A stretch of DNA of 63,711 nucleotides, counting the filler, from Dimargaris cristalligena (lineage: Eukaryota): assembly GCA_003614675.1 (NCBI GenBank). It is 4 parts of 4 records of this genome, joined end to end, with 100 filler letters (N's around TTAATTAATTAA, not from the genome) between each part and the next. Parts side by side here need not be neighbours in the genome. Positions count along the whole stretch, not along the records: positions 1 to 15,898 come from ML002867.1; 3 more parts are not named here. One strand, 5' to 3'. Under the pieces are notes generated by a model. The model had not been told where the DNA came from. It saw only the letters and a program-made list of their open reading frames with translations, and made no database searches. The position numbers and the translations under genes are program-made. This document shows, in pieces, positions 1 through 11,700 of this stretch. Numbering within the stretch: position 1 is the stretch's first letter; each line of letters opens with the position of its first letter.

Positions 1-1
1 T

Positions 2-1546
2 GAATGGCCCAGTAGGGACGTGTTGCTCGCCTACCGCGGCCGGGTGTACCAGCGGCTGTTCGCCCTGTTGGAGGCCTATGGCGGTGGGGGTTCGGTCGAG
101 GCCCAACTGGTGCCTATGCCCCGGCGACTGGCCCGCTGCCTGTGGATGTGCTTCGAGCATCAGGCCATGCATCTAGAGACGCTGCTGCACATGGTGATTC
201 GTTTTCCTGGCCGACGTCCTCCTACCGCCTCGGTACCCCCTCTATGGGGAACTGGCCATTCCACCTCGCCTAACCAACGGAAGGGCGGTCTTCCGTCTAA
301 GGAACATCCCCCGCTTCCCTCCACTAGTGCCTGGCTGACGCTGGGGCCCGGACTGCTCGACTACGGGCTAGGGGGTGATAATGAGGCCATCGACGATAGT
401 TGCACTACGGTGTACGACATCAAACCATTTTCATCTCCCCTTGAAAGCACCAAGGGTACCTCTGTTTCAAATCCCGACGAAGTGCCGGCAATATCTTCGC
501 TGGACCATGTTTTCGGCTGGGACAATGAAAAGCCCCGCGTTGTGGGTGCCCCGGTGGATCAATTTAATATCCAGACCCGTCCAGTGGTGATTGGCGAATA
601 TGTTTCGTGGCTGGCCAAGTATGGTGCACGTTACCTTGACCAGGCCAACCAGTCCTCTCCCAACGCCATTCCACGCAACGAAGCCGAATACATCGCCCAC
701 TGGCAGAATATCCCCGAAATGGCCGATCTAATCCCGGGGTCATGGGTACTGCTATCCAGTGCTACCAAGGATGCCCCCGAATATCTCCTACCGTCTTCTG
801 ATGGTTCGTTGGAAAGTAGTATGGTGACAATTATAAGTGGCTGTTTCGGGGTCCGTACCATGTATGGAGATATCCCTTTGGTTCATGTATGGTGTTGGCC
901 GGTATACACGTCGCAAGTTCAGGCCCAGGCCTACGCCCAAGAACACGGTGCCCGCTTGCCCACCGAAACCGAGCTCCGGTGGACCTATCAGCATCATTTT
1001 GATGGTCCTCAGCCGGAATCACTCGGACCATTGAAGTCCGATGAGCATGATAATATCCCGAGTGCTATCACTTCCCCATCAAACCATGTCGATACACGAA
1101 CTGAGCCGACTATAGGCCGCCAGCTTTATCCCGCTGACCCGTTCATGTCTAACTTTGGGCTTCGCACGTGGACCCCGCAAGATGTCGTTAATTTGCGCTC
1201 GACCCAGGTGCTTAACGGTAGCTCCGCCGAATCCCAGGTCTGCTTTGTATCAGATGGCTGGGAATGGACAGTGACTCCATTCGCACCATTGAAGCCCGTG
1301 CAACCGGCCCCCTCATTGGCGGACCAATCCACCGAACAGGCGGCGTTTGCGATATCTCCCCAGTATCCCAATTACTCCACCGACTTCTTCAAAGGCGAAT
1401 ACTATGTGGTACTGGGTGCATCGTGGGCCACCCACCCTAGATTGGCCCAGCGCCGGAGTTTCCGCAATTGGTACCAGGCCGGCTATGGGTTCGCTTTTAT
1501 CACATTCCGACTGTGTCGGTCCGCTTCTTCCCCCCGTGTCGAATAG
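2..1546 (+). CDS. EGT1: Ergothioneine biosynthesis protein Egt1-like sulfoxide synthase, C-terminal part (DinB_2 + FGE-sulfatase domains); 5' end lies outside the window
   Basis: Frame is open from position 2 (EWPSRDVLLAYRGRV). Iron-binding HxxxH motif EHQAMHLETLLHM, plus FGWDNE, RLPTETE, GWEWT and YPNYSTDFF..GASWATHP..RRSFRNWYQ, typical of EgtB/Egt1. Confidence 0.85.
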   Translation, partial: EWPSRDVLLAYRGRVYQRLFALLEAYGGGGSVEAQLVPMPRRLARCLWMCFEHQAMHLETLLHMVIRFPGRRPPTASVPPLWGTGHSTSPNQRKGGLPSKEHPPLPSTSAWLTLGPGLLDYGLGGDNEAIDDSCTTVYDIKPFSSPLESTKGTSVSNPDEVPAISSLDHVFGWDNEKPRVVGAPVDQFNIQTRPVVIGEYVSWLAKYGARYLDQANQSSPNAIPRNEAEYIAHWQNIPEMADLIPGSWVLLSSATKDAPEYLLPSSDGSLESSMVTIISGCFGVRTMYGDIPLVHVWCWPVYTSQVQAQAYAQEHGARLPTETELRWTYQHHFDGPQPESLGPLKSDEHDNIPSAITSPSNHVDTRTEPTIGRQLYPADPFMSNFGLRTWTPQDVVNLRSTQVLNGSSAESQVCFVSDGWEWTVTPFAPLKPVQPAPSLADQSTEQAAFAISPQYPNYSTDFFKGEYYVVLGASWATHPRLAQRRSFRNWYQAGYGFAFITFRLCRSASSPRVE

Positions 1547-1755
1547 CTGCTATCAACCATGGCATTTAATTTTAAGTCGTGATCTTGCATAAAGATCAAA
1601 CCAGGTTTTTTCGTATTTCATTATCCAGTTACTCAAAAATATATATAATAGTTTACTAGCTGTCAATTGTAATGTTAGCCAGTGTATGATATGAGTTAAA
1701 AAGAGTTGGCAGTATAGCTCAGGCGATTCCAGTAATGGCTGTGCAAGTGATATGA

Positions 1756-4700
1756 CTAGGATTGCACCATGGATTCGAGGCCATGTAGAGAATCGTATAG
1801 CAACTGTTAGAGGAATACGTATTGAGTGTGGGGTATAGTACAATGTAGGTTAGTTTTTGAGGGGATCTTCTTTGGTGTATTGTTATTGGAAACATGCCAA
1901 ACCCTATTTCAAGTACAAACCGCGACTTTAAAATGTGTATGCTGAAAATCAATGGCCAGTAACTCATTACAGCACAACTGCATTGGCCTAGATGGACTAC
2001 CAGTCCGCGTTTAAAAAAAAAACATCTTAAAAAAATAGCCATCTCTCGCATTTACCTTTAGGCGTTGCTTGACGCTGGCTCGCAGCCCGCAAAAATCGGC
2101 GATTTTGCCTATCCATCGTAGACAAAACTCGGTTAAAATACATAGCGCACCGGTCGGGGTGGACCAGCCCGTCGCGAAGCCCGCTTGCTGACTTTTCTGA
2201 CTAGCCAGCAAATCAGCCAACCCCAAACTAATTTCGACAATCACGGCGACCAATTCGGGGTTGTGATCGGATACTAACGATAGGTCGTCGTCGAACCCGA
2301 CCCCCATGGTGGTGGCCGGGCTACTACTGGAGGTTAGTAGTAGTCGAGAAAGGCCACCGGGATGAACGACACCCGGTGGAGCATTAGATAAAGTGGAGGA
2401 TGTTGACGAAGCGGCGGAGGGGGATGGCGATATAGTGGGCGTGACGTAGGGCGAAAGTGCCGCCGATAAAGTGGGCTGGATGGGTCCGTTGGGCAGTTGG
2501 TATAGGCCCCGGCCCGCATTACTAGCAGCGGCACTTGCGCCTGTAGTCGTCCCAAGGCCGACCGGCGTGGGGTGTGGTGGCTGGTCGTGGTGGTGGTGAG
2601 TCGAATCCATTGGATCACCCATAGTTCCACCCCCGTTAGGCTCGGTAATGGTGGGGGTTGATGGTCGGGTCAATAATTCACCATCCCGGATGATCTTCAA
2701 GTTAGCCAATAGCCCAATCAATTGTTCGTAATGAAACATAATCGTCGGAGCGGCTGACATAAGACGACGGCGGGGTGGTTTGGCGATGGATTGCTGAGCG
2801 GGGGTACCGAACCTACCCCCCAATCGGCCGTAATGAGTACTACTACTACTACTGCCGCCTCCCTTTCCCCCCTGGCGGTCCTCCCGCCCGCCCGCCGCTT
2901 TAGTGGCTTGGCTTAAACACCACCGGGCGTACTCAATCACCAACGCATTACAGTGACGGGTGAGCAGCGGGTAGGGCCGGCCGGCGAATTCCACGTACTG
3001 GTGGGTGGTCCGAATCGCCCGCGCTAGGGCCTTCATGAGTTCCTTGGGGGATAGGCCCCCAGGTGCGGAATGGTCCAACAGACCCAGTTCCCCCGGTAAT
3101 GCGGTACCCAGTCCTCCTTGTTGTAGCCGACCGTAGGTCAGTCCCGCGGACGAACTATTCCACAGGACCAAGTCCCGGCGGAACTGGCCCACGAAAACGG
3201 CCATGAGGTCCAGTAACCACTGCTGGGCTAAACCAAGGAGCGTTTCGTCAACGGGGAAACCCACGGCGCGCCATTCGAGGGCATTTTGGGCCAGAACTTC
3301 ACCGTAGAGACGCTGTTTTTGGTCGAGAAAGGTTGCGAGGGAGACTTGGTTGGTGCCTAATTGGTCAAGGGCAAGGGAGGGTGAGGTTTGAATGGTAAGC
3401 TGCATATCGTCGACGGCGTGGAGGTATTTGGCCGCGCTGAGCAGGTGGTTGAACTGGGTGGGTAACCAGGGGAGGGTTTGCTATAGACAGGTACCGGAGG
3501 GTCATTTACAAGATAGTGAAGGGTGAGTCATAAAATACCATTTTTTGTTTTTGGTAAATCTACAAAATATTTAGAGTGATCAATGCAGTAACTAGATATA
3601 TAAGGACAAAGTAGTCAACCATAGCAACTTACAGAGAGAAATTGAAACTGGTGCATGGTGAGCCATTCGCCAATAGCGTGGATATGGGTTAACGCTTGTT
3701 TCATAGCCAGGTAATCTACACGCCCGGAGCGCTGGGTTAGAGTGGCCAAGTAGGACTGCAATTGTTGCAGCTTGTCGTTATACGTGGCCCGAAACTCAGC
3801 CGGACTAGTCTGATTTTGATGCGCACGGGTTTGAATCCAGTGTTCAAGGGCCTGTGGCGATGCTTGCTCATTATTCTCCCTACCACCACCTAAGCCAAGC
3901 GGGCCGTCCATCTGTTTTACCGCCTGACTGAATATTGGCGGAATCAATTGATCAATCAGGGTCGCGTGCGATACGGTATGGGTGGCATTCACATCCCAAT
4001 CGAGCTGGTAACGAGTCGGATAGTGGAAGCCGTCGTCGTCGAGACCCAGTCGACCGAAGTGATGTTCCGGGGACATGGAAGGCTGTTTGGCCGCGGTTGT
4101 GGATTTCGGCCGCGAGGCCAGTTTGGCCATGGATGTAGAGCGGAGTTTGGCTATTGGTTTAATGGGACCCGGAGTCAACTGGTGGGTCGGAATAGGGTTA
4201 TGGTTTAATTCATTGGGCATGGCAAAGTGACCTGATGATCGGGGACGATGCTCCGGTGAACATTGCATGGCAGTATTCCCCTCGCCCGGGCTACTATTAT
4301 CATGGTCATGGCTATGGGGTTGACTTGGCTGATCCATAGGGTGTTCAAGTCGGCCGTGGTTCACCGGCTCGGATAACGAGGGGTTCCCATGACTACTAGT
4401 GGATGTGGGTTCCATCGACGAGGAAGTAGTAATGCCGCGTTTCTGGGTAGAAATAGTTGGGCCACGGCCGTGCGGGCCGTCGTCTCGCGATACCGACAGG
4501 GCGCGGGCCAAACGAGTCGATAGGGCCTGGGATAGTTTGGCTGATTTTAAGTCGCGGTCGCCCCAGGGGTCGAATGAGGGTTTACGCTTATGACCGGTGG
4601 TGGAACGCGACTCCAGGGGGGACCCAAGGGGCAGGGGGGGCGAGGTCGTAGCAGGGCCGTCGATAAGCAGTTCCCCGAAGGCCGGTGTGGCTACATGGAG

Positions 4701-4934
4701 GCGACTTGGTCGTATGGTACCACCACTATGGCTAAAGCTATGGCTGCTCCCGCCTACTACCACTCCGCTGCTCCACGCGGGCGAGCCGGTCCCCGTTGGG
4801 TCAGGCGAAAGATAATTGCTGGGCTGGCGGGGTCGAGGAGGCCGAATGGGACAGCCTCGCTCGTCAAGTAGGACATTTTCGAAGGCCGTTAAAATCGTCA
4901 AGAGGGGTTGTACCCATAGTGCCGAATGGTCCAT
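1756..4934 (-). CDS. Hypothetical ~900-aa protein, 3 exons (4934-3633, 3480-2056, 1803-1756)
   Basis: Two long ORFs join in frame via a GTAAGT..AG intron (3632-3481). A second phase-0 intron (GTAAAT at 2055, CTAACAG at 1804) gives the terminal exon LLYDSLHGLESMVQS*. Ser/Pro/Gly low-complexity tracts; no family recognised. Confidence 0.7.
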
Positions 4935-6235
4935 GTTCGGGGAGAGGGGGGAGGTCTATAGGAAAATATGATAGTAGGTACTCGGCCGTTTTTTAGGAAG
5001 TAAGGGTAGGTAGCGGAGAGTTGCTGATTCCAGGTAGCAGTGGTGGCGCGATTCCCTTAAAGTAATAATAAACTATATTGTTGGTAGGTGGACTCTTTTC
5101 CACAAATATATGGCAAGCTGGGAAATGTCAAGGTATTTACCACACGTGACCGGATTCATATGTCATTTCTTATGCTCTGCTGCTACTACGGCTCTACCCA
5201 GAGTTATTATGATGGTTGATAAACCCAATTGGCTATTTAGGCCAATTTGAGCAAGGGGGGTTAATTATGCCACTATTCGTCATAAAAACACAGGCATAAA
5301 CGCTCCCCATTCTACCTTGGCTCTTAAATGGCGGTTACAATATGTGCATTCCCTGACAATCCCTGTAGCTATGGGATTTGAGCGACACCAATAGCCTGAT
5401 ACTGATGCTTAGCGAATTGGTGAGCGAACTTAGGTGTTATAATTAGTAGATAAATTTATTAATCGGTTGAGACATGAAGTGATAAATGAGGATACTAGTG
5501 AATGAATGTATTTAATGAGCAGGCGGGAGTAATAGTCATCTGAGGGGGCTCTACCTCGTTGAGTTATTACTTCCTTTTTATATTGGAGAATTTAGAGGTC
5601 TAAGTCGGAATGGTGTGGCCGCAGCAACATCAGGTTCTCCTCCACGGGGATTGTGTTCGATTGGAGGTGGCTCCACCCTAGCTGTATTCCCATTACCATG
5701 AACTACTTGGCCGATGCCCAGTGTCGCAGTCGGCTCAGCATTAACAATACCAAATGAAGTGTTAGCAGCACTCGGTAATGTTCGAGTAATTATGTTCTAT
5801 TATGTGCTGTATGCTTTGTTATAATTGGATTTTGTTTATACAGGCCAACTACCGATAAACATAAATTGCGGAAAACGGGAAGCCTCGATAAACTACATTT
5901 CATCCAACATCTTAACAAAGGTCAAAATAAGCACCTGATGCCGAGTCATTGGTATCACCACTTTGGGGTTACGTTGTCCAAACTAGGCGTAAATCTCGAT
6001 GGCGCTGAATGGCAGCCGCCATTTATTATTAATTGCGATAATAAGCCTCACACGCCCAATGTCAGAGTTAAAATCACCCACAGAAAATGAAGTGGAGAAG
6101 CAAAATTAATGGGTTGGAATAAAATTCATAACTAAATCCAATGTAGCATACTAGAGTGTCGATATAACCAGAGCGTAGTAGAAACCATAGCTCCACGAAT
6201 GGGGGGCCATTAAAAAGAAACGGAGTATCAGCAAT

Positions 6236-8797
6236 TTAAGCCAAGCGCCAGCGGAGAGGAATCGATGTCCAGGTCACCGGCGCCAGATCAATATCGTAAG
6301 TGTAAACATTAAGCTTCACCACATAGTCATCCTCTGGGGCGACAATCTTCTGAGTCGGGGTAATGAAGACATCCCCACCCCAACCATACGTGTAGTTATA
6401 GGAGCCGGCGTTCATGTAGTTGCGAGCGAAGTAAATGATGTTTTCATCAATAACACCGTAATCCACCGTCGGTGTAGCGGCCTTGGCCAGAGTAACACGC
6501 AGACGGCGGGCGGGGTGTTGAAGGCGGAACAGAACCCCCGCTCTAATAGCCGGAGTGAACGTATTCAAGGTGCTCAAGCACTGTTTTTGCACATTGAAAA
6601 CCAGACAGGGTAGACCCGAGGCGAGGGGAGGTAGAACGGGGACCTGGGTAGACTTGTACGAGAAACCCAAGATCGGGAGGGTGTAGTTGAACCCCATGGA
6701 CACGCCCGCGGTGGGGAATAGAGTCAAATAAGCACTGTAAAGGAACAGGTCCTCGCGGACGTGAGATGAGTGATCCAGGTTAATGTTGAAAACGCCCAGT
6801 TTACCAGCCGCCGCCGTGACCTGGCGTTTGTTAAACCAAATCGCGGGGATCTTGGCATTGTCGCGCGGAGGGATGACCAAGTACTTTTGGGCATCGAATC
6901 CGGAGGAACTGATGGTGTTGACCGAAGTGATATTCATTTCAATGGGAGTGGTACCGATGTTCGTGAAACCAAAGAACACGTCGAAATCCCGCCAGTCGGT
7001 ATCGGGGAACGTCCCGTTGACGCTGGTGAAATTGAAAATGGCCTGGGAGGCGGTGGCCCCGAAGGCATTGACAATCCCGGCGCCCTGTCGGGCTACTGAG
7101 TAGGGGCGGAGCACAGTGGGATGCATTTGGGGCCGCGCCGTATTCACGACCGCCGAAATCGTACCGTTGTTTGCGTTGGACTTGCCGTTTTCCATGGCCA
7201 GGGCGGCAACACCAGCGACGTACGGGGTAGACATGGAGGTACCCGTCATATGTCCGTAATAGCCCGCGTACGTTGGGTATGGGGCGTAAATGTTAACCCC
7301 GGGACCCAACAAATCGGGCTTCACTTCGGACGTGGGACCGGGGCCCCAGGACGAAAAGGACGAAGGGGCCCGCGGGGTGATGGCATCAAAAACAATACTG
7401 TCCGACTTGGACGAGATGCGCACCGTGGTAGTGGCGATCTTATTAATCAAGTAGGTGGCGTCGGTCTTGAAAATGGAAACCACTGGGAATACGGTCAAGT
7501 AATTGGTATACTCGGGGCGATAGAGCGTGTCATCGGAGGTTTGGTAAACCACCATCTGAACCGCACCAGCCGCTTGGGCATTACTGGCCTTGATGTCCAT
7601 CATACAACCGCCAATCTGTAAGAGGACTACCTTACCGGTATAGTCAGGCAACGGGGCACACCCAAAGTCATCCGTAGTACTACCGACGGTGAACCCGCGG
7701 ACAATCTGGACGTTGTTTAAGGTAGGGGTTTCAATGTTGATGGGATTCATGGTACGCCGGATGGCCACATTCTCATTGGACGTCACATTCATGTACTGGC
7801 TGTAGTAGATGGGGAAATCCGCCGAGCCCACTGAAACGCAATGGGGGCTGATCGATGGACCGTCAACGGCCCACATCCCCTCGGCACCTCGATTACCCGC
7901 TGCCGCCACCATCAGCACCCCCAGTCGGGCCAAGTTAGAGGCAGCGACACTAATACCAGACTCGCTCCATTTACCGGGGAAGCCCAGGGACATGGTGATA
8001 ATATCCATGCCATCAATGAAAGACTGTTCCATGGCTTTGATGACAAAGTTCTCGTAGGTGAGCAGTCGGCAGTTCAAGACTCGGTAGATACCAAGGGTGG
8101 CCCCGGGGGCTACCCCCTTGTAGTGGCCGTCGTTTCCGGCGACGATCCCCGCAACATGCGTGCCGTGCTGGGTACACACCTCAATGGGGTTGTCATCCGG
8201 GAAGCCACCGTAGGAGTTTCCGTTATCACCGATAAAGTCCCAACCGTATTGGATACGGCAACCGGGGGTCTTGTAGCAGTTGCCGAAGGCGGGGTGGGTG
8301 TAGTCAACTCCGGCGTCAAGGATCCCGATTTTAACATTGGCGCCCGTTTTGCCGAGCTGGTTGTGCACGTGGTCAACCCCGGTATAGTTGTGGGCCAGCA
8401 TGGGTTTCGGGGGGAGTCGAGGCAATACCCCGGCCGCCGCGAAGGTGGACTGGTCAATGGACGAGGCACTGAGCTGCCAGGCGTAGGTAACCCCAGACAG
8501 ACTGTTCACAGTGTCACTATAAGAATCATCCACCGAGATACTCATGCCATTCATAATAACGGTATAATTCATGACGACGGTAAAGGGGATTCCCAGAGCA
8601 GCCATTTGGTTGTAGAACGTCTGTGCGCCCGCTGCGCCGGCTGGGGTACCCGGGGCCCCTGGGAAAGTGACAATGTACTGGTGGGGAATGGTATCGGGAG
8701 TGATATGGGTGTTGCTATTACCCTGACCAACCGAAAGAGGCAGGTTGCTAACAAGGGCGGCGGCGAGTGCCCCCCATACGGAAATTAGGCGCACCAT
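6236..8797 (-). CDS. Secreted subtilisin-like serine peptidase (S8A, Vpr-like) with prodomain, PA domain and C-terminal beta-rich region
   Basis: Signal peptide MVRLISVWGALAAALVS; catalytic motifs ILDAGVD, HGTHVAG, AAAGN, GTSMSTPYVAG; PA insert (GKVVLLQIGGC..KASNAQAAGA); intronless, 853 aa. Confidence 0.95.
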   Translation of the reverse strand: MVRLISVWGALAAALVSNLPLSVGQGNSNTHITPDTIPHQYIVTFPGAPGTPAGAAGAQTFYNQMAALGIPFTVVMNYTVIMNGMSISVDDSYSDTVNSLSGVTYAWQLSASSIDQSTFAAAGVLPRLPPKPMLAHNYTGVDHVHNQLGKTGANVKIGILDAGVDYTHPAFGNCYKTPGCRIQYGWDFIGDNGNSYGGFPDDNPIEVCTQHGTHVAGIVAGNDGHYKGVAPGATLGIYRVLNCRLLTYENFVIKAMEQSFIDGMDIITMSLGFPGKWSESGISVAASNLARLGVLMVAAAGNRGAEGMWAVDGPSISPHCVSVGSADFPIYYSQYMNVTSNENVAIRRTMNPINIETPTLNNVQIVRGFTVGSTTDDFGCAPLPDYTGKVVLLQIGGCMMDIKASNAQAAGAVQMVVYQTSDDTLYRPEYTNYLTVFPVVSIFKTDATYLINKIATTTVRISSKSDSIVFDAITPRAPSSFSSWGPGPTSEVKPDLLGPGVNIYAPYPTYAGYYGHMTGTSMSTPYVAGVAALAMENGKSNANNGTISAVVNTARPQMHPTVLRPYSVARQGAGIVNAFGATASQAIFNFTSVNGTFPDTDWRDFDVFFGFTNIGTTPIEMNITSVNTISSSGFDAQKYLVIPPRDNAKIPAIWFNKRQVTAAAGKLGVFNINLDHSSHVREDLFLYSAYLTLFPTAGVSMGFNYTLPILGFSYKSTQVPVLPPLASGLPCLVFNVQKQCLSTLNTFTPAIRAGVLFRLQHPARRLRVTLAKAATPTVDYGVIDENIIYFARNYMNAGSYNYTYGWGGDVFITPTQKIVAPEDDYVVKLNVYTYDIDLAPVTWTSIPLRWRLA

Positions 8798-11700
8798 CGG
8801 TTAGAGAAATTAGGCGAAGAGGGTTGAAACAAAGATTAGGAGTGTATGGTAAAATAAGTATAGGATAATGAAGGAATTAGCCCGAAAAGGGGCAGGGGAT
8901 TGTTAGAGAAATAGCTATGAAAGTGCGTCATAAAAGGTCACGGTATCGTTTGGTCATTAGAGTGGCAAGCCAATGATGGGGGCAATGGTGGATGGATTTG
9001 AGGTCCCATTTATATTGCCAATCGATTAATCAACTCTTGTTTGGAAGGATACTTTAGTTTATGTATTAATGGCCGTGTAGAGCAATGGACGACAGGGGTT
9101 GCCAGTAATGCCTTCCTTGACCAGAGATGCTCAAAATGCCCTAACTGGCTGGCTCTCCATAGCCGCGGCATTTGGGCCAAGCTCGGCACTTAAAAACACC
9201 CAATCTGAATAGTGGACGAATGGGGACATGTCCTTTACCGTCCTTACCCGGTGGTTATTTAACCCTTCCTATTCTAGCACATCCCACATGGACATAAATG
9301 CCAGGGCTGCTTCCACTACCCTTTCCTTAAGAATCCTTCCGTTAGGCAATCTATACTGTTGTGAAATACAGTCTACCTACAACAATGGGGTAATCCATTC
9401 CCATGACAACTAGTTTCATACTGAAGGTGGTATAAATGCCTACCTTAGTGAGTGTGGTCACGGATGATCACTCGCTTCTTTACTGTATCTTTTAATTTTA
9501 CTCGTGGTTTGATCCTGCGATATTTTTATCATGAGTTTTTAAGTGATAAAAAAACTCAATGCTAATGCGGTTGGCTTCCAAGTCCGTCGAATGAAAGCTA
9601 ACCCATGCTGAGGGGCTAATAGCGAGAATATACGCGGACATTGCCCCAATAGTTTGGTGTGGGATTTTATTTCGCACTCACAGTGACAAGCCTTTCCCTT
9701 GATTAGGAGGGTGACGGTTTAGTTGCAGGTGAAATGCTAAAGTAGGCAAGTATCTCAGCGCACCTATACTAAACAGGAGTATATGTGTAACATTAACTAT
9801 AGCGATCACCATCAAGAAAATATCGACTTTGAAGACATGGGAGGCTTGGTTAATCCATACTTATCGACTAATACGTTCGAATATGAACACCCATCCCCGT
9901 TCTTAAACACTGGTGGTGGGAACTCTGACTCAAACACTAAGCCATCCTGTATTGCAAGTATATCCAACTGGGTGATTCGTGTAGAAAGCGTTTATTTTAT
10001 ATCTGGGACTTGTTTCCAACACTGAATTTCAAACAAGCCCGTGGCATTGTTTGTCAGTGGACTGGGGGACTTATTAGGCAATGGTAAGAGTAAAAAAAAT
10101 GAATAAGCAAGTTGTAAGTTAATTATTAAGAGGTTGGGGAATTCTTCCAGAATGGGGAAATGGCACCCCTTGTCCAATGTTCATAGTACCCCTTGGCGGG
10201 CTAGAGAGTGTCGCTGAAGCACACACCGGTCGATATTGAACGGTTGCGAAAGCCCAGGTGTATTCTTCTAACCCTAGTCAGTGGCAATTCCTGGTAAGGC
10301 ATCTTCTATTAGTCAATTCTTGAATTTAAGGTTGTCGGGCATGTCCGCCTATGAGCCAGCCACCTTTTTACTGTTTTGGGGGGAATCACTGAATCTCTTT
10401 TGGAAATCCTCGTGGACCCTCCGTGCCTCTCTGTCAATAAAAAACCTAGTACCCCCCACTCCGGCTATAAAGCGATTGGACATTTGGGCTGGTATTGGTC
10501 CTGCCTATATGGGATGATCCCTATCACAAGCGGCTACACACTATCATAGTTGCTGCTCTATGATCAGCGTTTACCTACTATTTTCTCTTGTCATATTCTA
10601 ATCGTAATTCTCAGGCTGATCCATTTAACCTATAGAATATGAATACATATATAGGTAATTCAAAGATTGGCAGCTTCCACGCGCATGGCCACTTAAACAT
10701 TACCAGTATTTATTCTAGGGTGGCCTTAATTTAAGCCTCCAAAATAGGAATACAGGCTGCTCTTTTTTCCCTACATAGTCGAACTCAGAACACCAATCAT
10801 TCCTTGCAATGAAGGAGGTATTTCTCACGAAAGAATCTGATTCCTCTGGCGACTGTTACCCTTTCAAAAAAGCTCACAACACCCCTGATACACTATAAAT
10901 GATAAGGTCTGAGTTATATTTGCGTGGGTAAAGTACGCTGGAATTCGCTCAAACACGCATGATTTTTTAGTCGACTGGTTGCTTATTGGATAATGCAGTG
11001 CTGCTGATCAGCAATCCCTGCGTGCACCCTACCACACTCATCTTAATAAGTTTCTAGAACCAAGTCTTCTCTATGGTCACCTCGAATAAACGGCAAACAC
11101 ATCAATGTACATTGCACACCTTGGGAATGCATTGGGAAAAGATTCACCTCAGCTATATAACAAAAACTTAGGTAGTTTTGCTGGCTGAAACATATTTTCA
11201 CCTAAATTTATATCGTGCATATTTCATTCTAAACCATATACAGTTGTGTCAACTTTCACTCAAACCAAACCTCCAAAGTTTTGCACAGCCGCGGTAAATT
11301 GTATACATATTTATATATATTGTTATCACACTAGACCTCTTGTAGAGGTGCCTTGTGAGTCTAGCTAATCCGGGGGACACACACCTTACCCCACGTGAAC
11401 CTTTCTAGGGCATTTTGTTACACGCTTAGTGTCCGTCACGGACAATTATGCGTTATTCTAATTAAAGAGACCTGTATGTTTAATAACCTGTTTTTTAAAG
11501 GGAGTGCGGAGAATAGAAGGCATATTATGGGTTCATATTCTTTGCGATTACTGGATATGTGGATTAAGTTGATCGACCTGTTTAATATTGTAAGATTTGT
11601 GAAGCGATTGTATGATTTTGTATATGCATGTTGAATTATCATATCATCACCTGAAAATGCTCTGTAGATTCCTATTCAAAAAAAGTGCGCAATGGGAACT

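Noticed and set aside
7841-8788. 315-aa antisense ORF within the subtilisin (similar ones at 20976-21773 and 39419-39961)
   Set aside because: Shadow ORFs expected from GC-rich codon usage of the real gene; no motifs.
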